Shown here: piece by piece, positions 19,361-27,405 of the stretch
Layout: each line of letters opens with the position of its first letter
Numbering within the stretch: the first letter of the stretch is position 1
NCBI GenBank assembly: GCA_021774445.1
Contig: JAJFJA010000056.1
Coordinates: forward strand, 18,347-82,346
Direction: 5' to 3'
From: Alphaproteobacteria bacterium
GTDB lineage: Bacteria > Pseudomonadota > Alphaproteobacteria > UBA6615
Length of the DNA stretch: 64,000 bases
Notes under the pieces: generated by a model
Databases searched by the model: none
Seen by the model: the letters and a program-made list of their open reading frames with translations, nothing else
What the model was told of the DNA's origin: nothing
Made by a program: the position numbers and the translations under genes

Positions 19361-20206
19361 TTACCGGAAGAGCGACAACACCGACTGCTCGGACTGACCG
19401 GCGAAGGCGAGGGCGGAGATACCCAGCTGCTGCCTTGTCTGCAGCGACACCAGGTTGGCACCTTCCTCGTTGATGTCGGCGAGGGTGAGCTTGCCGGCAC
19501 CTTCTTCGAGGCCATTCACATAGGATTTGGTGAAGTCCAGGCGGGCCTGGAGCAGGGCGACGTTGGAACCGAGCGAAGACGCGTTGCCTCGCAAGGTGGT
19601 GATCGCCGTGTCCAATTCCGTAATCGCCGCGTCAGCGCCGCTTGCGGTGCTGAAATCGATCTCGCCCGTGGTCGTCGCAGAGGCGGCGGCCAGTGTAACA
19701 GCGAGCCCGGCACTACCCGCCTGTAGGTTCACCGCTGCAATGGACAGGGTACTGGTGGTCGCCGTCCCGAAGGAGACGGCCAGGGTCGACGTGGTGTTGT
19801 TGACCAGGTTGAGACCCTGATAGCTGGCGTCACCGGCCAGATTGTCAATCTGGGTGCGGAGAGAGTTGTACTGAGAGACAATGGAGGTCAACTCCGTACC
19901 AGTCGCGGATTTGGCGCTGATGGCCAGACCCTTGAGCTGGCGAACCAGCGTGTCGACGGCCTCGACGGCTTCAAGAGCCGTTTTGACCGAGCTGATGCCC
20001 TGATCGATACCGTCCTTTTTCTCGGAGAAATCCGATGCCCGGTCGCTCAGCGACTTGGCCTCGAAGAACGCCTTCGAATCGTCGATCGGGCTGGCAACTC
20101 GCAGACCGGTAGACAGACGGTTTTGGGTTTTGTCGATAAGGGATTGGGTGTTGCTGAGGGTCAATAGGTTCGACCGCACAGCCGCGTTGAGGGTAATTTC
20201 TGCCAT
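19361..20206 (-). CDS. fliC: Flagellin (copy 4)
   Basis: Flagellin motifs; 8 aa longer than copy 3 in the central region. Confidence 0.95.
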   Translation of the reverse strand: MAEITLNAAVRSNLLTLSNTQSLIDKTQNRLSTGLRVASPIDDSKAFFEAKSLSDRASDFSEKKDGIDQGISSVKTALEAVEAVDTLVRQLKGLAISAKSATGTELTSIVSQYNSLRTQIDNLAGDASYQGLNLVNNTTSTLAVSFGTATTSTLSIAAVNLQAGSAGLAVTLAAASATTTGEIDFSTASGADAAITELDTAITTLRGNASSLGSNVALLQARLDFTKSYVNGLEEGAGKLTLADINEEGANLVSLQTRQQLGISALAFAGQSEQSVLSLFR

Positions 20207-20214
20207 ACCTTGGC

Positions 20215-20254
20215 TCCTCATTCTGAAGGACTATGTGACGGAGCTTCTGCTCCG
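20215..20254 (-). promoter_or_regulatory. Conserved flagellin leader element
   Basis: CGGAGC-AGAA-GCTCCG-N10-CTTCAGAATGAGGA. Confidence 0.7.
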
Positions 20255-20266
20255 GCCCGACTTGCT

Positions 20267-20282
20267 GCAATCGAGAGGCCAA
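20267..20282 (-). promoter_or_regulatory. Sigma54 promoter of the flagellin 4-3 operon
   Basis: TTGGC-CTCTCGA-TTGC. Confidence 0.78.
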
Positions 20283-20356
20283 CTCTATTTTCGTTTATTT
20301 ACAACGTGTTATGGCGTTTAGTTTTGGGAAACCATGCAATTTGTGCCGATTTTTCT

Positions 20357-20391
20357 AGGCAAATTTTGCCGCCGATAGGCAAGATTTGCCG
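20357..20391. promoter_or_regulatory. Tandem ftr enhancer elements
   Basis: AGGCAA-ATT-TTGCCG and AGGCAA-GAT-TTGCCG, 20 bp apart. Confidence 0.7.
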
Positions 20392-20474
20392 GATGCGGCC
20401 ATGGTGGTGGCCCCATGTGCGAAAACGCGCAGGCGATATCGGGTAGCGGTGTGGATCGATAAATACGATGACCG

Positions 20475-21314
20475 TCAGGCGAATAAGTTGAGAACCGAGC
20501 CTGGGTCTATTTCTTGTTTGAAAACCGTGTACTGAGAAATGTAGGCCGTTATCGACTGGGCGATTTCGAAGGAGAGCGAGAGAGCGGTCAAGATTCGCGC
20601 GAATTGCTCTTTCTTCTTTTCGATCTCGTCGATATTTTCGATCTGCGCGCCTAGTTGTATCGCTGAGATGTCCGATTCGAGGTCGGCAATCTTTTCACTG
20701 GTGTTCTGCGACAGGTTAAATCCAGCATCTTCATTGATGCGGGTTATTTCGAGGGTAACGCCGAAACTCGCGGAAAGGCCGTTGAGCGTGGCCTGAACGG
20801 CGGAAATATCGCCGCCGGTGGCGAAGTTATTGTGCACCAGCGCGTTGAGCTGTGCCACCGCGTCCGCCTTAAGCTTCCGCAAACCATCGGGGGCGCCAAA
20901 GCGCTCGAAAACCGGCGTATCCAGCTTTTCGATGTCGGCGATGGCCGAGGCCAGGCGGGAATCGAATTCGGCGACGGTCGATGGATCGGCCAGGGCAATC
21001 AGGTCGGTAAAAGCGGCGATCGTCGTTTCGGTGGTGACGCGATTGCTCTTGGTGCGCGCGGCATAGGCGTCGATGTCGGCAACGTCCCGCTTCAGGCGGG
21101 TGACGTTAATGTCTAGCAGCGCCGTAGCGCCGCTGGTGTTCTTTTCCTGCTGGAGATCCAGGATCTCCTTGTCCAGGCGCTTTAGGACAGTTTCCTGAGT
21201 GATACTGAACTGGAGCTCGAAGGCCGGGCCCGAGGCGAGCTGGGACAGTCTTACGAACTGTTCGGCCACGGAAATCGTGTCGAAACTGCTCTTTAAGCCT
21301 GGAATGGTCGCCAT
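20475..21314 (-). CDS. Hypothetical helical protein with flagellin-like C-terminus
   Basis: 279-aa ORF co-oriented between flgL and the flagellins; coiled-coil-like; ends GSVLNLFA. Confidence 0.75.
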   Translation of the reverse strand: MATIPGLKSSFDTISVAEQFVRLSQLASGPAFELQFSITQETVLKRLDKEILDLQQEKNTSGATALLDINVTRLKRDVADIDAYAARTKSNRVTTETTIAAFTDLIALADPSTVAEFDSRLASAIADIEKLDTPVFERFGAPDGLRKLKADAVAQLNALVHNNFATGGDISAVQATLNGLSASFGVTLEITRINEDAGFNLSQNTSEKIADLESDISAIQLGAQIENIDEIEKKKEQFARILTALSLSFEIAQSITAYISQYTVFKQEIDPGSVLNLFA

Positions 21315-21366
21315 GATCGTGAGCTGTCCGAGTTTGCGAAACCGTACGAGCCTGACACCTCCAGAG

Positions 21367-21381
21367 TTAAGGCGGTGTTAA
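21367..21381 (-). promoter_or_regulatory. Perfect CtrA box
   Basis: TTAA-GGCGGTG-TTAA (minus strand TTAACACCGCCTTAAC), 52 nt upstream of the 279-aa ORF. Confidence 0.7.
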
Positions 21382-21396
21382 GCGCGGGCTAAGTCG

Positions 21397-22590
21397 CTAG
21401 TTGAGGAAATTGAGCAATGACAAGGATTGGATCCGCGAAATGGTTGAATACGAGGCTTGAAGCTGAACTTGATCAGACTGCAGGCGGGCGACGACTTCGG
21501 CGGTATTGATGTTCTGGATGTCGCCGATAATCTCCGCTGCATAGATGTTGTATTGCTCGTGTCGGCCCTGCACGTTCTTAAGGGTGATACGAGGGCCGTT
21601 GAGTTCGATCCGTAAATCAGTCAGACCGTCGATGCCGTTGGTCACATCGACGCCGAGGATGTTGTCGATGATATCCCGGGCCTTTTTGACAAGGACCTGG
21701 CCATCGGGCGTGGCAATCGACGCCTGAGGCAGGTTGGCGATGGCATCGACCGCGGTAATCAGTTGTTGGAAAGCGACCTCGTTGGCGGAGACGCCATATT
21801 TGATCTCAAAGCTTTCGTCGATTCTGGCAGCACTTTGGACGTTGTCGCCCTGGTAGTAATCGAGCTTCGGATTTGCCATCATTTGGCTCGAATTGAGACG
21901 GTCGACGTAATAGCTGAAGAGGTTCGGATCCTCGGCCTTGAACTCAGCCAGCGTCGGGTTGTTCAAATCGGCCGGGACCGGCACCGTAGGCAGGACACCG
22001 TTCTTTTCGAAGTAGATCTGTTGATAAAAACTGCCTTGCGCGTAGGGCAAAGTGTTGCCGAGCACGTTGGTGTAGTAGGACTGGTAGAAGGTCTCGTCGA
22101 CAGTGTTGGCGTCGCTCTCGATGAGCTTGACCGGCGTGTAGGTGCCGGCGGCGAAGGTCACGGGGGCGCGATCGACGCGGCCGCCGGCAAAGAGATAGCG
22201 GGTGCCGTCGCGGGCGTTCAAGGACTCGCCGACCAACGAAAGCGTGTTGGTGGCGAGGTCGACCATATCGGCGAGATGGGACTCGGGACCGTCGAGCGAG
22301 GCATTCAACAGTTTGCGCATCTCAGTGGCCAAGGTCTCAGTACTCTCCATGCTGATATCCATCAAGGAGAGGCGCTGTTCGACGGTGTTGATATTGTCGA
22401 TGAATTGATTGGTCCGGCCCACCGTCGCCTCGGTGGAAACCAGGCGGCTGGCGCTCTGATAGATGCCGGAATATTGCTGGGCGACAACACCGGTGCTGAG
22501 CTGAGTCTGCAGATCAAACATCTGCCGCTGCTGATTCAGGGTGTTGAACAGGATCATCTGTTGCTGGGCGTATGGCGCAACGCGAGTCAT
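21397..22590 (-). CDS. flgL: Flagellar hook-filament junction protein FlgL
   Basis: QLSTG, LNARDGTRYLFAG, YYQGD, QLQASYSTISRIQSLSLLNFL; follows flgK. Confidence 0.88.
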   Translation of the reverse strand: MTRVAPYAQQQMILFNTLNQQRQMFDLQTQLSTGVVAQQYSGIYQSASRLVSTEATVGRTNQFIDNINTVEQRLSLMDISMESTETLATEMRKLLNASLDGPESHLADMVDLATNTLSLVGESLNARDGTRYLFAGGRVDRAPVTFAAGTYTPVKLIESDANTVDETFYQSYYTNVLGNTLPYAQGSFYQQIYFEKNGVLPTVPVPADLNNPTLAEFKAEDPNLFSYYVDRLNSSQMMANPKLDYYQGDNVQSAARIDESFEIKYGVSANEVAFQQLITAVDAIANLPQASIATPDGQVLVKKARDIIDNILGVDVTNGIDGLTDLRIELNGPRITLKNVQGRHEQYNIYAAEIIGDIQNINTAEVVARLQSDQVQLQASYSTISRIQSLSLLNFLN

Positions 22591-22601
22591 CTCAGTGCCT
22601 C

Positions 22602-24659
22602 TTAACGGACGGCGTTCATGAGAATATCCATCATCTCAGTCACCGCGGTGGTGACACGGGCAGCCGCCTGATAAGCGTTCTGCAAGATGATAATGTTGGA
22701 CATCTCTTCATCGATGTTGACCTGGCTGATGCCGGCGGCCTGTGTGGTCAGCGCCTGGCTGTAGGCCTGGTTGATCTCCAGATCACGGGAAATGTTGGCC
22801 GCGGTGGTCGCATTGACCGACATGATGCTGGCGGCGTAGTCGGCCAAACGTGTGGTCGTTGCGGCGAGTCCGCCGGCTTTGGCCAGGGCGAGGTCGCCGG
22901 CGAAGACGCCGGCGATCGCCTGGGCGGCCTTGCCACTGCCGGCGGAGACGGCAACAGTGCCGACGGCGAGCGTCGCGGCGCCGCTAAGCTCACCGCCGGC
23001 GAATTGGTTGGGATCGTTGGCGATACCGGTGGTGACGGCGAGCCGATTGGCGATCCCCGGCGTGCCGGAGCGTACATTCAAGGTACTGGTCAGGGTCGAG
23101 GAGTCGGTGAAGAAGAAATTATTGCCGTCGGCGTCCGAGATGTTCAGGCGGAAGCCGCTAGCCTCCTGAATCACGGTGGCGGTGATGTTCTGGGCGGCCA
23201 TGGCCCCGGTGATTGCCGTGGCAACGGCGGTCAGGCTGTCGCCGACATTGTAAGCAACCGCCGTCGAGCCGCCGGGATAGGCGACGGTGAGGGTGCCGGC
23301 GAGGCCCAAAGCGGCCGTGGCACTGACTTGGCGGTCGGTCTGGTAGGTCGAATAACCGTTACCGGTCGAGAAGAAATCGTTGAGGCCGAGGAACTGCGCC
23401 ATGCCCATGGTCTGAGACCCGGTGGTGACGGCGCTGGTCATTTCGTTAACAGCGATCTTGTTGCCGCCGGTGGCCGTGAGCACGACTTTGCCCTGGGCGT
23501 TGATACTGGCGGTCGCGTTGGCCATGCCGTTGAGCGTGGTGACCAGCTGACCGATGGTGGAGGGCACCAGGGCGGCCAGATTGATGTCCAGGTTCTCGAC
23601 CACAAGGCCGTTGCCGTCGACCACCGTGGCGCGGAAGCTGCCGGTCATCGACGGGGCGTCCGTGGCGGCGACGGTCGTCGCGCCGGTCAGAGACGTGGGT
23701 GGCGGGAACGCAGTACCGTCATTGTGGGCGGCGTTGACGCTGCTGGCCATGACTTCGCCCAGACGGTCGAGCTCAGCCTGCAGATTGACGAGATCGGTGT
23801 CGCGCAGATCGGCTAGGGCACGAAGGCTGCCGTCGCGCAGTTCTGAGGTAATGTCGACACCGCTGGCGCCGATCGATATCGGGCCGATGCCGCTGGGATA
23901 GGTGATCTGGGCGGACATCTGCGAAACCGGGGTGTGCACCAGCTGGACCGTGGTGTTCTCGACCAGTTGCCGCCCGCTCTCGGTAAATACGATTACCCGG
24001 CCATCGTCCCGGGTGAAGTATTTGATGTCGACGTCCTTGGCGAGTTGATCCAGTGCCTTGTCGCGATTGTCGATGAGGTCCGCCGCGGGTTTGCCGAGGG
24101 CCTTCGAGACGGCGATCTGACCGTTGAGGTCGTTGATTAGGGTTAGCTGGTCGTTAATTCTGGAGACCGTCTCGCTGATCTGCTTGTCGGCTTCCTGGCG
24201 CATTTTCTGCACTTCGTCCGACATGAACTGAAGCTGGTTGGTCAATCGAATGGCTTGATTGACAACATCACTGCGCGCGGACTGGCTTTCCGGGGTCGTG
24301 GATAGGGACTCCAGGGCGGCACCAAGATCGGTGACGGCGTGGGACAAATCACCATTGTTTTCCAAGGTGCCGAACAGCTGCTGCATACGCGAGTAGTAGG
24401 TATCCTGGGCAGACAAGCCGGAAAGCTTGGACAATTGATCACGAACCTGCAGCAGCAGATTCTCATCAACCGAGCGCCGGATCTCAGTCAGACGGACGCC
24501 GCTGGATTCGCCGTTGACGATCTGGTTGGTCTGGCCAACCGTCTTGCGGGTATAGCCCTCGGTGTTGGCATTGGCGACGTTGTTCGACGTGACCTGGAAT
24601 GCGGCCTGTGTCGTTTGCAGGGCAGCCAGCGCCGAATAGAGGGAGACGGTCAAAGACAT
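22602..24659 (-). CDS. flgK: Flagellar hook-associated protein FlgK
   Basis: SNNVANANTEGYTRK; VNIDEEMSNIIILQNAYQAAARV. Confidence 0.95.
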   Translation of the reverse strand: MSLTVSLYSALAALQTTQAAFQVTSNNVANANTEGYTRKTVGQTNQIVNGESSGVRLTEIRRSVDENLLLQVRDQLSKLSGLSAQDTYYSRMQQLFGTLENNGDLSHAVTDLGAALESLSTTPESQSARSDVVNQAIRLTNQLQFMSDEVQKMRQEADKQISETVSRINDQLTLINDLNGQIAVSKALGKPAADLIDNRDKALDQLAKDVDIKYFTRDDGRVIVFTESGRQLVENTTVQLVHTPVSQMSAQITYPSGIGPISIGASGVDITSELRDGSLRALADLRDTDLVNLQAELDRLGEVMASSVNAAHNDGTAFPPPTSLTGATTVAATDAPSMTGSFRATVVDGNGLVVENLDINLAALVPSTIGQLVTTLNGMANATASINAQGKVVLTATGGNKIAVNEMTSAVTTGSQTMGMAQFLGLNDFFSTGNGYSTYQTDRQVSATAALGLAGTLTVAYPGGSTAVAYNVGDSLTAVATAITGAMAAQNITATVIQEASGFRLNISDADGNNFFFTDSSTLTSTLNVRSGTPGIANRLAVTTGIANDPNQFAGGELSGAATLAVGTVAVSAGSGKAAQAIAGVFAGDLALAKAGGLAATTTRLADYAASIMSVNATTAANISRDLEINQAYSQALTTQAAGISQVNIDEEMSNIIILQNAYQAAARVTTAVTEMMDILMNAVR

Positions 24660-24685
24660 GATCTGGGTCCGAAGGGCCTTTGGCG

Positions 24686-25135
24686 TTACAGAGTCTGGTT
24701 TACCGACAAGGGCAGCGATGCGCCGGCCTTGCGAGTGTTGGTGAGGCGCCCATCGGGCCGGTAGGTGCCGGCGGCTCTGATTTGCTGCTCTTGCGCGGCT
24801 TCCGCGACGGCTTGTGCCAACCGCTGATTGGCCACCGTTGCGGCATGCAGGGCGAGAATATTTCGGGTCGCGGTCTGTTCGAGTCGCGTCGCGACGGCGC
24901 GTAACTCGGCGATGCGGCTATGGTCGAGCTTCTGCAGGGGATCGGGAAATTGCCGCAGGTCCGAGACGGCCTGCTCGTAAGCTGCCGCAACGGAGGCCTT
25001 CTTGACCTGGATGTCGCCAACTTCGCCGGTGCGCATTTCATCGAGCAAGCCGGACTCCTCATCGATGACGTCGGCAAGCTCAATGGTGGCGCGGATTAGG
25101 GATTCCGTTCGCCAGGTGGGGCTGACTTGGGTCAT
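24686..25135 (-). CDS. flgN: FlgN/FlbY-like flagellar export chaperone
   Basis: 149-aa helical protein between flgJ and flgK; LADVIDEE..LL; C-terminal TYRPDG. Confidence 0.6.
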   Translation of the reverse strand: MTQVSPTWRTESLIRATIELADVIDEESGLLDEMRTGEVGDIQVKKASVAAAYEQAVSDLRQFPDPLQKLDHSRIAELRAVATRLEQTATRNILALHAATVANQRLAQAVAEAAQEQQIRAAGTYRPDGRLTNTRKAGASLPLSVNQTL

Positions 25136-25455
25136 GGCTGGGCCTGCTCTTGTAGCTGAAGGATTTCGCGGACAACGGAGTCGGCAATGCCGATCCCGCC
25201 GTTCTGGGCCAGGGCCTTGCCGTATTCCTGGCCCAGCATGGACCGGAACAGGGTCTCACCGGGGCCGCCGCCGAAAACGGGGTCGGTTTGCACATCGGCC
25301 ATCATGTAGTTGACCATCTGGGTCAGAAAAAACGCCTCAAAGTCTTGCGCGGTTTGTTGCGCATCGGCGGCGGCGGCCGGGTTGATGCGCGCCAAGGGGT
25401 TGACGCCTTGCTGCAACGTCGTGGTCACGCTCGAGAGGCTTGAATCGGGGGTCAT
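25132..25455 (-). CDS. flgJ: Single-domain rod-binding FlgJ (no muramidase domain)
   Basis: AQDFEAFFL, FGGGPGE, GGIGIAD motifs. Confidence 0.88.
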   Translation of the reverse strand: MTPDSSLSSVTTTLQQGVNPLARINPAAAADAQQTAQDFEAFFLTQMVNYMMADVQTDPVFGGGPGETLFRSMLGQEYGKALAQNGGIGIADSVVREILQLQEQAQP

Positions 25456-26600
25456 CACATCACCTCGAGTTCGGCTTGCAGAGCGCCCGCGGCCTTGACC
25501 GTCTGCAGGATCGCGATCATGTCGCGCGGTCCGATGCCGAGCGCGTTCAAGCCGTCAACCAATTCCTGCAACGTTACGCCGGCAGGAACTATCGCAAGGC
25601 GTTCGCCGTCGTCCTCTTCCACCTCGATATCCGTGCGGGGTACGACTGTCGTCGTGCCGGCGTCGGAAAATGCATTCGGCTGACTCACTTGCGGGGTTTC
25701 GGTGATGCGGATTGTGAGGTTGCCTTGGGCCACCGCGACGGTGCTGAGGCGAACATTCTCACCCATCACGATGACGCCGGATTGCTCGTCGATCACGACT
25801 CTGGCGAGCTGGTCAGGCGTTACCCGCAGCTGCTCGATGTCGGTCATTAGTCCGACGACATTGCCGACCCGATTCGCCGGGACCGGGACCTCGACGGTGG
25901 CTGGGTTGACTGCGGCGGCACCGGAACCGCCGATGAGGGCGTTGATCGACTGGGCGATCCGCCGCGCGGTCGTGAAATCGGGATTGCGCAGATTGAGGCG
26001 GACGCGGGTTAGGGAATCCAAGTCGAAGCCGAGCTCGCGCTCGACGATGGCGCCGTTTGGCAGGCGGCCTGCCGTTGGTACGCCTTTGACGATGGTTTGA
26101 CCATCGCCGGAAGCGGTGAAGCCGTTGACCACGATCTGACCTTGGGAGACGGCGTAGACTTCGCCATCGGCGCCCAGCATCGGGGTCACCAACAAGGTGC
26201 CGCCGAGCAAGCTTTTGGCATCGCCGAGGGCGCTAACGGCCACGTCAATGCGTTTACCCTGGCCGGAGAATGGCGGCAGCGTGGCCGTGACCATAACGGC
26301 GGCGATGTTCTTGGTTTTGAGATTGGCGAGTTCGTCGCGGGTGTTCACGCCCAGGCGCTCGAGCATGCCGATTAGGCTCTGCTGGGTGAAAGGCGCGTTG
26401 TCGAGGGTGTCGCCGCTGCCGCTGAGGCCGACTACCAGGCCATAACCGACCAGCAGGTTGTCGCGGACACCCTCGAAATCGACGATGTCCTTGATCCGAG
26501 TCTGGGCGCTCGCGGCCGGTACGACAGCGCTGGATAGCGCGGCGACGGCCAGCCAAAGGGCCACTCTGCGGCAAACTTTCTGTATCTGGTGTCTGTTCAT
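25455..26600 (-). CDS. flgI: Flagellar P-ring protein FlgI
   Basis: RIKDIVDFEGVRDNLLVGYGLVVGL; AAGALQAELEVM; start at MNRHQ because a sigma54 promoter overlaps the longer ORF. Confidence 0.96.
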   Translation of the reverse strand: MNRHQIQKVCRRVALWLAVAALSSAVVPAASAQTRIKDIVDFEGVRDNLLVGYGLVVGLSGSGDTLDNAPFTQQSLIGMLERLGVNTRDELANLKTKNIAAVMVTATLPPFSGQGKRIDVAVSALGDAKSLLGGTLLVTPMLGADGEVYAVSQGQIVVNGFTASGDGQTIVKGVPTAGRLPNGAIVERELGFDLDSLTRVRLNLRNPDFTTARRIAQSINALIGGSGAAAVNPATVEVPVPANRVGNVVGLMTDIEQLRVTPDQLARVVIDEQSGVIVMGENVRLSTVAVAQGNLTIRITETPQVSQPNAFSDAGTTTVVPRTDIEVEEDDGERLAIVPAGVTLQELVDGLNALGIGPRDMIAILQTVKAAGALQAELEVM

Positions 26601-26647
26601 TTGATCCGTGCTGTTCGCCAATGGGCTGCCTGCCCGGGGTTGGAGAA

Positions 26648-26663
26648 GCGAGAATCGTGCCAA
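26648..26663 (-). promoter_or_regulatory. Sigma54 promoter of the flgI operon
   Basis: TTGGCAC-GATTC-TCGC. Confidence 0.7.
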
Positions 26664-26737
26664 CAGACCGTGTCTTGTAAGTTGTTGTCCTGATTGTATT
26701 TTTTGGCTAGACCGCTGAGTGCCGACCAGAAATCCAG

Positions 26738-26773
26738 CGGCAGGGACTGCCGGTGACCCGGCAAGTCCTACCG
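26738..26773. promoter_or_regulatory. Tandem ftr-like enhancer elements for flgI
   Basis: CGGCAG-GGA-CTGCCG and CGGCAA-GTC-CTACCG, 21 bp apart. Confidence 0.6.
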
Positions 26774-26816
26774 GGTTCCCGCGGCATCGGCCTGGGCCGA
26801 CTTCGCGACGCCAAGT

Positions 26817-26882
26817 AAAAAATGGGCCGGTTCATGCCGGCCCGAGTTCAGGGAGGAGAAAAATGCAATAGAGCACCTTTAG
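26817..26882 (-). ncRNA. Putative suhB/MmgR (alpha-r8)-like small RNA
   Basis: Minus strand TATACT (-10 box, 26889-26894), then ...UUUUUCUCCUCCCUGAACUC-GGGCCGG-CAUGAA-CCGGCCC-AUUUUUU: anti-SD motif followed by a terminator. Confidence 0.65.
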
Positions 26883-26933
26883 ACTACGAGTATAGAGTGA
26901 TTCGCCCCCATTTTGTAAATTAAATATCTGATA

Positions 26934-27215
26934 CTAGGTGTCTGTCCCCGAGCCGGGAAATGTGACGCGGCCGCTGTCGTCCACATGGAAGCCAAGCTGT
27001 TCAACCACGGTGCTACTGAATATGCGCTCGCGGCGCCCCGGAAACAGCTTGTCGAAATCGTAAGGCCATTCGACGGCGAAGAGGGCGGAGAGGTGCTGCA
27101 TATCGATCGGCGGGGCCTGGCGGCCGCGCATCTTCAGGATGCGGGTGATCACTTTGACGATCTCAGCGGATTCCCGTGGCCGCAGGAAGAAGTCCGATTT
27201 ATCGATCGTGGGCAC
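26934..27215 (-). CDS. Small hypothetical protein
   Basis: 93-aa ORF with strongly GC3-biased codons and GAGAG before a GTG start. Confidence 0.55.
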   Translation of the reverse strand: MPTIDKSDFFLRPRESAEIVKVITRILKMRGRQAPPIDMQHLSALFAVEWPYDFDKLFPGRRERIFSSTVVEQLGFHVDDSGRVTFPGSGTDT

Positions 27216-27355
27216 GTTGCTCTCTAGATCGCCAGGGTGAAGGTTCGGTCGGGCTCTATCATGCCGCGAATAGGTCTCATGGCGCTAGAGTCTCCGTGCT
27301 TGTGCTGGTGTTGGGCTACTTGCAAATGGCGGCAGCCGCCGCGATGATCTAGACT

Positions 27356-27371
27356 CTGACCAGTTGGACAA
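27356..27371. promoter_or_regulatory. RutR-like operator
   Basis: CTGACCA-GT-TGGACAA versus TTGACCA-NN-TGGTCAA (2 mismatches), just downstream of TTGCAA-N17-GATGAT and upstream of a pyrimidine operon. Confidence 0.65.
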
Positions 27372-27405
27372 GATTGTAAATGTTCACTGAACGTTGGGCG
27401 GCACC

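Noticed and set aside
19337..19380. Separate sigma54 promoter for flagellin 3
   Set aside because: No GG-N10-GC at the position used by the other three flagellins and no terminator after flagellin 4, so co-transcription is more likely
18249..20221. The AUG inside the UUCAGAAUG leader box as the true flagellin start (MRTEI-, MRSQG- extensions)
   Set aside because: In frame for only two of four flagellins, lacks its own SD, and the GAGGA SD is correctly spaced for the downstream MAEIT start
26985..27227. 80-aa plus-strand ORF
   Set aside because: Overlaps the minus-strand 93-aa ORF, which has the better codon bias and RBS
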